DNA of 50,710 bases, from contig DAORUQ010000002.1 in the NCBI GenBank assembly GCA_035433265.1, positions 1 to 50,710 on the forward strand, given 5' to 3'. Below the pieces are notes generated by a model. That model had not been told where the DNA came from. It made no database searches and saw nothing but the letters and a program-made list of their open reading frames with translations. Shown here in pieces: positions 1 through 8,693 of this stretch; the first letter of the stretch is position 1, and each line of letters starts with the position of its first letter. Source of the DNA: Pseudomonadales bacterium. Its GTDB lineage: Bacteria > Pseudomonadota > Gammaproteobacteria > Pseudomonadales > UBA5518. A program made the position numbers and the translations under genes.

Positions 1-1293
1 CGGCAGATTGCCGCGAAAACCGCGCGATTTCAGGCCCAGTTGCACCATTTCCATGTTCGAGAAGTCCTGCGCTATGACCTTGCGCCAGTGCTCCTCGGTC
101 GCGTCCGCATAAGTCCACTCGGTCTTCGGCTCCTGCCCCTGCGGATAGCGCTCGATGGCATAGGCTTCGTAAATGCACTTGTCGGGGTCGGTGCCGTAAG
201 GACGCGTCCGGTAACACAGCGCGAAGGTGGGCCCCTGCAATATGCCCATGTTGGGGAATACATGCCAGGCCAGGCCCGCTGTCGCCATCTGCTCGTCACT
301 GATCTGCGGCCACTCCACGCCCATCGCCGCGTAGTCCGCCTTGCAGGAGGCCAGCCAATGACGGTGCACTTCGTCAGCGGGGGTACCCTCGGGCAATTCG
401 TCGACCAACCGTAGCGCTGCATCGACCAGGACCTGCGTGGTGCTGGCGCCGACCGTTTCCCAGAACTCCCGCTGCATTTCTCCCATCATGACCCGGGCGT
501 CGGCACCCTTGCCGGTACGATGCACCGTTGTCGTGGCGGCGGAACCCTCATCCTGGTGATCGGGCGCGTCATAGCCGTCGTTGCCGTGCAATCCCTGCAC
601 TTTGCTCCAGGCGTAGAAGTCGCCGTATTTCGTGAGCTGCGGATGGGTAGCCGCCACATGGTAGGGCTCCATGAAGGCTTCCAGCGCCACCTTCCAGTTG
701 CAATCGAAGACGGTCCATTGGCGGAACCGGTAGCGCATATCCTCGAACCTGAACGGATCGAGAATACCGGCCGCGGGCTCGAGATATTCTCGCAGGGAGA
801 TGCAATTGGGATCCATGTTGACCCAGATCCAGCCGCCCCAGGTGTCGACCTTCACTGCGGCAAGGCATGTGCGCTCATTCGTCAGCGTGCCCTTCCAGTC
901 GTCCTTGTTCAGGATATGGGTATTGCTGCCCTGAAGGTCGAAGGACCAGCCATGGAAGCCGCAGAAGAATGACTGCTTCGTCGCATTGCCGCGCGCACCA
1001 TTGCCGCCCTTTGGCGTCGAGACCAGCCGGCGTCCGCGATGCGGACAGACATTGTGATAGGCCCTGATCGTGCCGGTTGCGGCGCGAACGATCAGGATCG
1101 AATCATTGGCGATCTCGTAGGTGATGTAGTCGCCGACCTCGGGAATGTCCTCGACACGCCCCGCATGCTGCCAGACCCTGGCCCACAGCTTCCCGCCTTC
1201 AGCTTCTGCATATTCCCTGGAAACATAGGCGTCCACGGGAAACGTCAGCGGCTCCGACAAATCCTCGAGGATGATATCGGCCTTCGTGTTCAT
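1..1293 (-). CDS. Rieske [2Fe-2S] non-heme-iron oxygenase alpha subunit (3' end cut by window edge)
   Basis: Absent from the ORF track because it runs off the window. Hand translation from ATG (comp. 1291-1293; AGGAGG 5 nt upstream) gives MNTKADIILEDLSEPLTFPVDAYVSREYAEAEGGKLWARVWQHAGRVEDIPEVGDY...NVCPHRGRRLV...FFCGFHGWSF (Rieske CxH...CxxH). Further on is CNWKVALEAFMEPYHVAATHP (Fe-binding His pair). The frame stays open to base 1. Clear paralog of 25982..27349. Confidence 0.9.
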   Translation of the reverse strand, partial: MNTKADIILEDLSEPLTFPVDAYVSREYAEAEGGKLWARVWQHAGRVEDIPEVGDYITYEIANDSILIVRAATGTIRAYHNVCPHRGRRLVSTPKGGNGARGNATKQSFFCGFHGWSFDLQGSNTHILNKDDWKGTLTNERTCLAAVKVDTWGGWIWVNMDPNCISLREYLEPAAGILDPFRFEDMRYRFRQWTVFDCNWKVALEAFMEPYHVAATHPQLTKYGDFYAWSKVQGLHGNDGYDAPDHQDEGSAATTTVHRTGKGADARVMMGEMQREFWETVGASTTQVLVDAALRLVDELPEGTPADEVHRHWLASCKADYAAMGVEWPQISDEQMATAGLAWHVFPNMGILQGPTFALCYRTRPYGTDPDKCIYEAYAIERYPQGQEPKTEWTYADATEEHWRKVIAQDFSNMEMVQLGLKSRGFRGNLP

Positions 1294-1314
1294 GCCAGCC
1301 TCCTGTTTCCGGCC

Positions 1315-3171
1315 TTACCGGGAGAGAACCAGACCGTCGAGATCGCCCCTGGAACGCCAGTTTTCCAGAACCCGCATGAAGGCGTCCCAACCCGGGCCGT
1401 AGAGTTCACCCAGGTAGAAGCGGTATCGCTCGTTGCCGTTCTCATCCACATCGGGCTTGCCTTCGTTATTGAAGTAGCTCGGGGTACAACTGGCAATCCA
1501 CTCCGCCTTGTTGACCTCTGTTTCACGCATGTGCCTGATCCATGCGTCCTGGGCTTCCTTGCTGACTTCGGCAGCAAGGGCGCCGCGATCGAGCACTTCC
1601 TTGATGATGTAGAGCATGTGCTTGACCTGCTGCTCGAAGTTGTAGGTGAGCGTCGAGTTGAGGCCGCCCTGGTAATAGCCCGTCGTGAACAGGTTGGGGA
1701 AACCATGGGTCATCATGCCGTGCAGCGTCTTGTAGCTGCCGTTCCAGTTGTCGTACATGGACAATCCGCCACGCCCCTCGAAGACCGGTATTCCCCAGCG
1801 ACGATCGAGGTCGCTGGTCACCTCGTAGCCGCTGGCAAAGAGCATGCAGTCCACCTCGTACTCCACGCCGTTGGCAACGAAGCCGTTTTGCGTCATGCGC
1901 TGGACACCCTGCGTCTCCGACACATCGATCAGCTTCACATTGTGACGGTTGAAGGTCTGGTAGTACTCGTCATTGGACGTGGGCCGCTTGCACTGGTAGC
2001 GGTACCACGGCTTGAGGAGTTCCGCGGTTTCCTTGTCCTCGACGATCGCGTCGACCCGGCGACGCAGGCGCTCCATCACACGAAAGTCCATTTCCTCGAA
2101 GCGCGCGGCGAACTCCTGCGCCGTGAGCTCTGGCCAGCCCTGCTCCTCCTGTTCGGCCGACAGATTGCGGTTAACTTCAGTCCAGATATCGCAGATCAGG
2201 TCCTTCTCGCCCCTCAGGAACCGCTCGTTGGCGCCGCGGTGAAAATTGTCGCGGCGCTGCGCCTGCCAGCCGGGCTTCAGCGTCTTGACCCATTCGGGAT
2301 CGGTTTCCGAGTTTCTGCGCGAGTCCACACAGGAGGGCGTGCGCTGGAGCACATAGAACTGCTTCGCATACTTGCCGAGGTAAGGCACCAGCTGGATGGC
2401 CGTTGCACCGGTACCGACAAGGGCGACACGCTTGTCTGCCAGCTTGTCCAGAACTGGTCGTTTTTCGCAGCCGCCCGTGTAATCGTAGTCCCAGCGCGCG
2501 GTGTGGAACATATGTCCCTTGAAGCCGTGAATGCCGGGGATGCCGGGCAGCTTGGGTATGTTCAACAGCCCGTTGGCCATGATCACGAAGCGGGCGCGAA
2601 TGTCGTCTCCCTGGCGTGTAGCGATACGCCAGCGCTTGAGTTCCTCGTCCCAACGCAGCGACTCCACCATGGTGTGGAACAGCGCGTTTTCGTAGAGCTC
2701 GTACTTCTTCGCGATGCTCTGGGCGTATTCGCGGATTTCGTGGCCGTCGGTAAACTTCTTCGACGGCATGAAACCCGTTTCTTCGAGCAGCGGCAGATAG
2801 CAGTAGGCATCGTTGTCGCACTGCAGACCGGGATAACGGTTCCAGTACCACACACCGCCGAAGTCACCCGCATGATCAATGTGGCGGAAACTGGTGAGAC
2901 CGGATTTCCTGATATGAACGCCCGCCGCGATGCCGGACCACCCGCCGCCTAGGACGGCGATATCGATTTCCTCGCAGACCGCTTTACGGGGAATGACCGG
3001 CGTGTAGGGATCCGCCTCATAGGCCGCCGCGAAGTCGTCCACCGGACGGACATACTGCTCCTGCCCTTCCTTGCGAATGCGCCGGTCGCGCTCCTGGCGG
3101 TACTTTTCCTTCAATGCAGGGATATCGATCTCTTCAGCCGAGGGCAAACCCGGCGACTTGGTGTTTATCAT
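1315..3171 (-). CDS. Type I Baeyer-Villiger (flavin-containing) monooxygenase
   Basis: 618-aa ORF. FAD Rossmann motif VLGGGWSGIAAG, BVMO fingerprint FKGHMFHTARWD (FxGxxxHxxxW[P/D]), second dinucleotide motif VGTGATAIQ. Its stop lies 21 nt upstream of the Rieske gene start at 1293, so the two are probably co-transcribed. Confidence 0.9.
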   Translation of the reverse strand: MINTKSPGLPSAEEIDIPALKEKYRQERDRRIRKEGQEQYVRPVDDFAAAYEADPYTPVIPRKAVCEEIDIAVLGGGWSGIAAGVHIRKSGLTSFRHIDHAGDFGGVWYWNRYPGLQCDNDAYCYLPLLEETGFMPSKKFTDGHEIREYAQSIAKKYELYENALFHTMVESLRWDEELKRWRIATRQGDDIRARFVIMANGLLNIPKLPGIPGIHGFKGHMFHTARWDYDYTGGCEKRPVLDKLADKRVALVGTGATAIQLVPYLGKYAKQFYVLQRTPSCVDSRRNSETDPEWVKTLKPGWQAQRRDNFHRGANERFLRGEKDLICDIWTEVNRNLSAEQEEQGWPELTAQEFAARFEEMDFRVMERLRRRVDAIVEDKETAELLKPWYRYQCKRPTSNDEYYQTFNRHNVKLIDVSETQGVQRMTQNGFVANGVEYEVDCMLFASGYEVTSDLDRRWGIPVFEGRGGLSMYDNWNGSYKTLHGMMTHGFPNLFTTGYYQGGLNSTLTYNFEQQVKHMLYIIKEVLDRGALAAEVSKEAQDAWIRHMRETEVNKAEWIASCTPSYFNNEGKPDVDENGNERYRFYLGELYGPGWDAFMRVLENWRSRGDLDGLVLSR

Positions 3172-3229
3172 TTCCAGACTCCCGGGGCCCCGGCCCTTGA
3201 CGCTGACGACTCAGGATCAAAATTTATAA

Positions 3230-3245
3230 TCAACAGCATTGTTGA
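3230..3245. promoter_or_regulatory. Candidate operator palindrome TCAACA-GCAT-TGTTGA
   Basis: Perfect 6-bp arms inside an AT-rich 144-bp gap between the TauD stop (3316) and the BVMO start (3171). Extended arms TAATCAACA/TGTTGACTA have 1 mismatch. A related site lies at 4292..4304. Confidence 0.3.
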
Positions 3246-3315
3246 CTAGTAAACATCGATTGCCTGCACGAATCAAGTACCGCGTCGAATATGCTTGCGG
3301 ATTCCGGCCAATTGC

Positions 3316-4155
3316 TCAGACGATCGGCTCCTCCCCCTCCGTCTTGGTGCGATGCAGCAGCCGTCCGCAATCGGGGTCATACGGCATGGCGCGGTGCATC
3401 GTGCCGGTGTTGTCCCACATGACCGCATCGCCAACCGACCATTCGTGGCTGTAAACGAACCGCGGCTGCGTCGCCCAATCGCGAAGACGGACCAGCAACC
3501 TCGTGCTCTGCGTCGGGCTCATGCCGATCACGTGATGAGCGGTACAGCCCAGCACCAGCGATTTGCGCCCCGAGCGGTGCTTCCACACCAGCGGCAACTC
3601 GACCTCGCCGATCCTGATCATCTCCTCGAGCTTGGCGTAGCTCGGCTCCGGCTCGTAGTAGAACAGCGAGGTCCATGCCGAGTGCATCGCTCTGAGCCCT
3701 TCGATCTGCTTTTTTTCCTCGTCCGGCAACAGCTCATACGCGGCATAGGTATTGCAAAACTCGGTGTTGCCGCCCCATGTGGGCAGCACCTTGCTGGTGA
3801 GGATGGCAACACCGATCGGCACCTTGTTCATCGTGCCGTCAGCATGCCAGTACAGCGAACCCTTGAGATATTCGGACTTCTGGTTGAGCGACTTGTCCAG
3901 CGTGATGTTGTAGACCTCCTGCCCCTCCAACTCCGGCAGAAACCGCCCCATCGTCCTGGTGAACGCAACCTGCTCTTCATCGTTGAAGTTGATCTGCGGA
4001 AAGACGACAACCCCCCGACGCTCGAGCAGCTCGCGCAGGTCGGCCGCGTATTCACCGCTCAGCAAGGCCGCCTTGTCGAGGTGCACCTTGCTGCCGATCA
4101 GGGGCGAGAGGTCCGTGGCATGGAGCGCTTCGAGAGTGGCGGTGGCAGTGGTCAT
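3316..4155 (-). CDS. TauD/TfdA-family Fe(II)/2-oxoglutarate-dependent dioxygenase
   Basis: Track ORF 3316..4233. I prefer the internal ATG at 4155 (MTTATATLEALH...), which has GGAGGA 7 nt upstream. HxD iron motif in YWHADG, C-terminal WDNTGTMHRA...GRLLHRT typical of the family. Paralog of 9998..10813. Confidence 0.88.
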   Translation of the reverse strand: MTTATATLEALHATDLSPLIGSKVHLDKAALLSGEYAADLRELLERRGVVVFPQINFNDEEQVAFTRTMGRFLPELEGQEVYNITLDKSLNQKSEYLKGSLYWHADGTMNKVPIGVAILTSKVLPTWGGNTEFCNTYAAYELLPDEEKKQIEGLRAMHSAWTSLFYYEPEPSYAKLEEMIRIGEVELPLVWKHRSGRKSLVLGCTAHHVIGMSPTQSTRLLVRLRDWATQPRFVYSHEWSVGDAVMWDNTGTMHRAMPYDPDCGRLLHRTKTEGEEPIV

Positions 4156-4291
4156 GATTGGTTTCCTCCGGGATATCGACCTACGAACTGACAGACGACG
4201 GGTGATCCATGCAGTTGCACGGGCGATAAACACCGCGTCACTGAACAGGGATCACCGCGCGCACGCACCTGGAAAATCGGTGCTTACTTAT

Positions 4292-4304
4292 TCAACATCG
4301 TTGA
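4292..4304. promoter_or_regulatory. Candidate operator palindrome TCAAC-ATC-GTTGA
   Basis: Lies in the AT-rich divergent promoter region between the TauD gene (start 4155, minus) and the Rieske gene (start 4452, plus). Extended arms TTATTCAAC/GTTGATTAA have 1 mismatch. Shares the half-site ATCAAC/GTTGAT with 3230..3245. Confidence 0.3.
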
Positions 4305-4451
4305 TTAATACCATGGGACAAGCCACGTCGCCCGGCATTGATCCAGATCAACGACCGCGCGTCGTTCAACTGCCTAGGATGCCGGCGAGTTGCCCGGAAA
4401 CAAGCGTCCACACACGCGGATCACCCAGTGTTCCTCCAACAGGAAAATGCC

Positions 4452-5861
4452 ATGAGCGCCGCTTCTCCCGCCACGATTGCCACGGATCCAGCACGTTCAC
4501 CGGCAGCAGGCACCGACGGGCCCTCACACTGGCAGACGTTGTCGCAAGGCGTCGGCGTCGGCCGCTACACCGACCCGGAATTCACCCGGCTCGAGTTCGA
4601 GAAGCTGTGGAGCCGCGTCTGGCAGGTCGCAGCGCGAATCGACGAGATCCCGGAAAAGGGCGACTACACGACCTACAAGATCGGCGACCAGTCGATCCTG
4701 CTGGTCCGGGTGGACGAGTCCACGATCAAGGCGTACTACAACTTCTGCCCGCACCGCGGCACCACGCTCGGCCACGGCTGCGGACACTTCGACGGTGGCA
4801 AGATCATCTGCCCCTACCACGGCTGGCGCTGGGATCTCGAGGGCAACATCAAGCTCGTGCTCGAGCGCCATGAGTTCTGCGATGGCAAGCTGAAGGATAG
4901 CGATGTCGCGATGCGCGAGATTCACTCCCGGGTATTCGCGGGCTTCGTGTTCATCAACCTCGACCCGAACCCGGAATCGTTCGACGATTTCATCGCGCCG
5001 TTGCGCCAGTTCCTGGGCGATATCGTGCTCGGCGACATGCGCCACATCTGGTGGAAGCGCACCGTCATTCCGTGCAACTGGAAAGTCGCCCAGGAAGCCT
5101 TCTACGAGGCCTATCACGTTTCCGCCACCCATCCGCAACTGGAAAAGGTCGGACGCGAGGTGGTCTACGGTGACCGTCCCGACGGCCCCATGATGTACCG
5201 GGACCTGACCTACGATGCGTTTGCGCACGGACACGGCCAGTTCTACGGCGGCGACAAGACACCGATGGCGGGCCATGTGCAGGAGCCGAAATCGACCGAC
5301 GATCTGCTCGAGGAGATGGCGGCGCGCATGAACCTGACGGCCGAGGGACTCGGCGCGATGATACTCAAGGAGGACATCGAGCTGCTGCTGACGCTACGCG
5401 GCAAGCACTTGCCCCCGGGAACGAATCTCGGCGCGGAATACGTGCGCCTGCAGTACGAAACAGCGGCGAAATCGAACAGGCCGATGCCCAAGCTGACACC
5501 CGAGATTATCGGGCGCTGGGGCGGCGTGACCGTTGCCTTCCCGAACGTGCTGGTCCTGATGCAAGCCGGCAGCGCGGCGCTCTACCGCGTATTGCCGCAC
5601 GCGACCGATCCCAACCAGTGCACGTTCGAGATTCGCTCGGTCAAGACCTACCCTGCGGGTGTGAAAACACCGCGCGCCATCGTCGAAGACATCTGCGATC
5701 CCGAGCAGGTCGGGCTCATTCCGCGGCAGGATCTCGGCAATCTGCCGCGGGTACAGGAAGGTCTGCGCTCCAGGGGCATGAAGCAGGCGTGGCTGGCCTC
5801 GAACCAGGAAAAGCTGATCCTGAACATGCATCGGGAACTCGACCGCTACCTGGGATCCTGA
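4452..5861 (+). CDS. Rieske non-heme-iron oxygenase alpha subunit
   Basis: Track ORF 4338..5861. I prefer the ATG at 4452 (MSAASPATIA...; AGGAAA upstream). Rieske motif CPHRGTTLGHGCGHFDGGKIICPYHGW. Catalytic-domain motif CNWKVAQEAFYEAYHVSATHP. Confidence 0.9.
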   Translation: MSAASPATIATDPARSPAAGTDGPSHWQTLSQGVGVGRYTDPEFTRLEFEKLWSRVWQVAARIDEIPEKGDYTTYKIGDQSILLVRVDESTIKAYYNFCPHRGTTLGHGCGHFDGGKIICPYHGWRWDLEGNIKLVLERHEFCDGKLKDSDVAMREIHSRVFAGFVFINLDPNPESFDDFIAPLRQFLGDIVLGDMRHIWWKRTVIPCNWKVAQEAFYEAYHVSATHPQLEKVGREVVYGDRPDGPMMYRDLTYDAFAHGHGQFYGGDKTPMAGHVQEPKSTDDLLEEMAARMNLTAEGLGAMILKEDIELLLTLRGKHLPPGTNLGAEYVRLQYETAAKSNRPMPKLTPEIIGRWGGVTVAFPNVLVLMQAGSAALYRVLPHATDPNQCTFEIRSVKTYPAGVKTPRAIVEDICDPEQVGLIPRQDLGNLPRVQEGLRSRGMKQAWLASNQEKLILNMHRELDRYLGS

Positions 5862-5920
5862 AATCCTGCGGCGGGGTGGACGCCCGGCTACTCGCGGCTG
5901 CCTGCGACAGGGTTGAGACC

Positions 5921-6397
5921 ATGAACCATGCCGAACTGATGGCGCGGGAGAGCATCCGCCACACCATGGCCAGCTATACCATGGCGGGGGATCGGTTGCG
6001 GGCGGAGGATTTCATCGCCGTTTTCACCGAGGATGCCATCCTGGAAACGGACGGTGTGCCCGCGCAGGACGCCTTTCGTCACGTTGGCCGGCAGGCGATT
6101 CACGACTGGATCGAGCGCTGGCGCACACCAGCGGCGGACGATCAAAAGCCGGTACACCAGGCGAGCTTTGTGCGGCACCATCTCGCGACTAGCCTGATCG
6201 AGCTTGTCGACGCCGAGACAGCCAACGCCCGCACCTACTGGACTGCCTATACGGATATCGGCCCTGATCACTGCGGGTGCTACCTGGATCTGTTCAGGAA
6301 ATCCGGTGAGCGCTGGCTCATCGCTCATCGAAGGATACGGCTGGACTGGCGCTCACCCGACAGCTTGATGTTCACGGCCATAGCAAGAACAAGCTGA
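5921..6397 (+). CDS. NTF2-like / SnoaL_4-type small protein
   Basis: Internal ATG of track ORF 5618..6397. The 158-aa product MNHAELMARESIRHTMASYTMAGDRLRAEDFIAVFTEDAILE... has the typical SnoaL-like N-terminal helices followed by a beta-sheet cone. Starts 60 nt after the Rieske gene stop. Confidence 0.75.
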   Translation: MNHAELMARESIRHTMASYTMAGDRLRAEDFIAVFTEDAILETDGVPAQDAFRHVGRQAIHDWIERWRTPAADDQKPVHQASFVRHHLATSLIELVDAETANARTYWTAYTDIGPDHCGCYLDLFRKSGERWLIAHRRIRLDWRSPDSLMFTAIARTS

Positions 6398-6493
6398 CGC
6401 CAGGAAGCCCGGACGAGACGTTCGAAGCGCACGCGCGACATGGCGTCATCACGCCACGATCCAGTGGCAAGTCATTCCGCGGTGGAGGTGTTT

Positions 6494-7402
6494 GTGCTCG
6501 AGGGTGAAAAGATCCTGATCACGGGAGCCACCGGGAAGATCGCGTTCCCCATCGCCCGGGCCCTGGCGAGGAACAACGAAGTGTGGGGGGTGGCTCGCCT
6601 GCAGAACGCCGGAGACCGCGACAAGCTCGCCAGCACAGGGGTCGAACCGGTAGCGCTCGATCTGTCCGCTGGCGACTTTGCGTCGCTACCCGACGATTTC
6701 AGCTATGTGTTCCACGCCGCCGTCGATCCCGGGCAGGGCGACTGGTGCCGGTGCGTCAGGACCAATGCGCACTACTCCGGCGACCTGCTTTACCACTGCC
6801 GTAGCGCGAAGGGTTTCGTGTTCTGCTCAACCGGATCGATCTACGGCTACCAGGGGCAGCGGCCGCTCACCGAATCCGACCCGCCCGGGGTTCCGCTGCG
6901 CGCCAACTACAGTTTCTCGAAGGTCGCGGCCGAATCCGTGTGCACCTGGATTGCTACGCACTTCGGGATTCCGCTGACGATCATCCGTATCTGCTCCACG
7001 TATGGCCCGCTGGGTGGCACGCCGGTCGACCGGCTCGAGGCGATCCTGCAGCGCAGGCCCATCCGCCTCCATCCCGACAAGCCGAACAACTACAACCCGA
7101 TCTACGAGGACGACTACGTCGAACTGGGCATTCGTGCCATGGAAGTGGCCGCGACACCGCCGCTCGTCGTGAACTGGGCGGGCAGCGAGACCGTCAGCAT
7201 CGAGGACTACTGCAGCTATATGGGCGAGCTGGTCGGCATCGCACCGGTGTTCGAGTACACGCCAGCGGCACACACGCCGCTGTGGCCGGACGTGACCCGC
7301 ATGCACGAGGTGCTGGGCCGGACCAGGGTCCACTGGCGCGATGGCATGCGCCGCATGATCAAGGCTCTCCACCCGGAGCTCGTGTTGAAGGGGGAGCAGT
7401 GA
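6494..7402 (+). CDS. NAD-dependent epimerase/dehydratase (extended SDR) family protein
   Basis: Track ORF 6440..7402. GTG at 6494 has GGAGG 5 nt upstream and sits just before the Rossmann motif ILITGATGKIAF. Catalytic YxxxK in YSFSKVAAE. The ATG at 6440 is an alternative start. Confidence 0.85.
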   Translation: MLEGEKILITGATGKIAFPIARALARNNEVWGVARLQNAGDRDKLASTGVEPVALDLSAGDFASLPDDFSYVFHAAVDPGQGDWCRCVRTNAHYSGDLLYHCRSAKGFVFCSTGSIYGYQGQRPLTESDPPGVPLRANYSFSKVAAESVCTWIATHFGIPLTIIRICSTYGPLGGTPVDRLEAILQRRPIRLHPDKPNNYNPIYEDDYVELGIRAMEVAATPPLVVNWAGSETVSIEDYCSYMGELVGIAPVFEYTPAAHTPLWPDVTRMHEVLGRTRVHWRDGMRRMIKALHPELVLKGEQ

Positions 7403-7403
7403 G

Positions 7404-8168
7404 ATGAACGATCACCGCGACAGTTCTTCTGCCGGGTTCATCGGCACGCCATCGGACGCCGTGCCGCAGATCCTCGCCGAGGGACGCGGTGGCATCACGA
7501 CCCTCTTCGTGTCGATGGCGCAACGCCATCCCGACGGGGCCGATGCGCACTACCTGCGATGGCACACCCTGGATCACCGGCCGGAGCAACACCGCCTCGC
7601 CAGCGTGCGCGCGTCCCTGCGCGTTGTGTCGACGCCGGCGTGCCGCGCGGCGCGGGCGGCGAGCGACGAGCGCTTCGAGGCGATCGACCATCTCATGACC
7701 TATTTCTTCGCCGATATCGGCGGGCTCGACGAATTCAACAAGCTCTCCAGGGCACTCTCGAGCGCCGGCCGGGTTCCGTTCGTGCTCCCACCGGTGCAGC
7801 GCGGCGTCTACGCCGTGGAGACCCGGATCGCGGCGCCGCGAGCGAAGGTAGGCTCGGACGTGCTGCCGTGGTGCCCGGCGAAGGGGGTATACCTGCTCAT
7901 CGAAGAGGGTGCGGCATCTGCGACTCGATTGACGGATGTGCCAGGCGTCGCGGGCCTGTGGTCTGCCAGTTCCGTTCCAACTGACTTCTCCACTGCCGGG
8001 GGCGGGCAGCAGATTACTTACTGCTTCCTCGACGACGACCCCGTGGCAACCGCCGGGAGGCTGCGCAGGGTGCTGGAGCAGCGATGGGCGGTGGCGGGAA
8101 TTCAGCCCCTGCTCGCCGCGCCGTTCTATCCCGTAGTCCCCTACGAGTGGGATCGGTATCTGCCATGA
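7404..8168 (+). CDS. Hypothetical protein (254 aa), no family recognised
   Basis: GGGGGAG sits 7 nt upstream of the ATG. The start is 1 nt after the upstream stop, so it is operonic. GC3-rich codons. The segment ITTLFVSMAQRHPDGADAHYLRWHTLDHRPEQ loosely resembles EthD / dimeric alpha-beta-barrel proteins. This is only a guess. Confidence 0.6.
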   Translation: MNDHRDSSSAGFIGTPSDAVPQILAEGRGGITTLFVSMAQRHPDGADAHYLRWHTLDHRPEQHRLASVRASLRVVSTPACRAARAASDERFEAIDHLMTYFFADIGGLDEFNKLSRALSSAGRVPFVLPPVQRGVYAVETRIAAPRAKVGSDVLPWCPAKGVYLLIEEGAASATRLTDVPGVAGLWSASSVPTDFSTAGGGQQITYCFLDDDPVATAGRLRRVLEQRWAVAGIQPLLAAPFYPVVPYEWDRYLP

Positions 8169-8240
8169 CTGTTTAAAACAGGCGGCGGCAGTGCATTCCT
8201 GCGCGCCTTCATGACGGATGCGCGACCAATCCGGTAGCGC

Positions 8241-8684
8241 CTAGCCTGCAGACTGCACCAGCTCGATGCGCGCTCCGTCGGGGTCGGTGCAAAAGACCAT
8301 TGGCCCGAACGGCGAATCGATTGCCGTCTCGCGATGGACATGCCCTCCGAATCGCACGACGCGCTCGACCGCGGCGTTGACGTCATCGACAACCAGGGTC
8401 ATGTGGGTAAATCCCAACTGGTTCATCGCGCGACGCTGGGCAGAGCCGGTCACGCCGGCGCCGGGGTAACCGATCAGTTCTATGGTGACCGCGCCGCATT
8501 TCACATAATGCACGCGACACCTGACCCCCGGCAGTTCCATCAGGCTGTCGTAGGGCGGGCCTATTTCATCAATCGAACGCTCGAGCACAAAGCCCAGCGC
8601 CTCGATGTAGAAGCGCAGGGAATGCTCGACATCGGATGTACAAATACCGATATGCGAGATGGATACGGTCGGCAAACCGCTCAT
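8241..8684 (-). CDS. VOC (glyoxalase / bleomycin resistance / extradiol dioxygenase) family protein
   Basis: 147 aa. ISHIGICTSDVEHSLRFYIEALGF... and the C-terminal PDGARIELV are typical VOC beta-alpha-beta-beta-beta modules. GGAGAG RBS. Last gene of the minus-strand operon that starts at 12439. Confidence 0.85.
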   Translation of the reverse strand: MSGLPTVSISHIGICTSDVEHSLRFYIEALGFVLERSIDEIGPPYDSLMELPGVRCRVHYVKCGAVTIELIGYPGAGVTGSAQRRAMNQLGFTHMTLVVDDVNAAVERVVRFGGHVHRETAIDSPFGPMVFCTDPDGARIELVQSAG

Positions 8685-8693
8685 TCCGCTCTC

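Noticed and set aside
1039-2952. 637-aa plus-strand ORF
   Set aside because: It is antisense to the well-supported BVMO gene (1315..3171). The product is Arg/Ala/Val/Gly-rich with no motifs. Long stop-free antisense frames are expected at this GC content.
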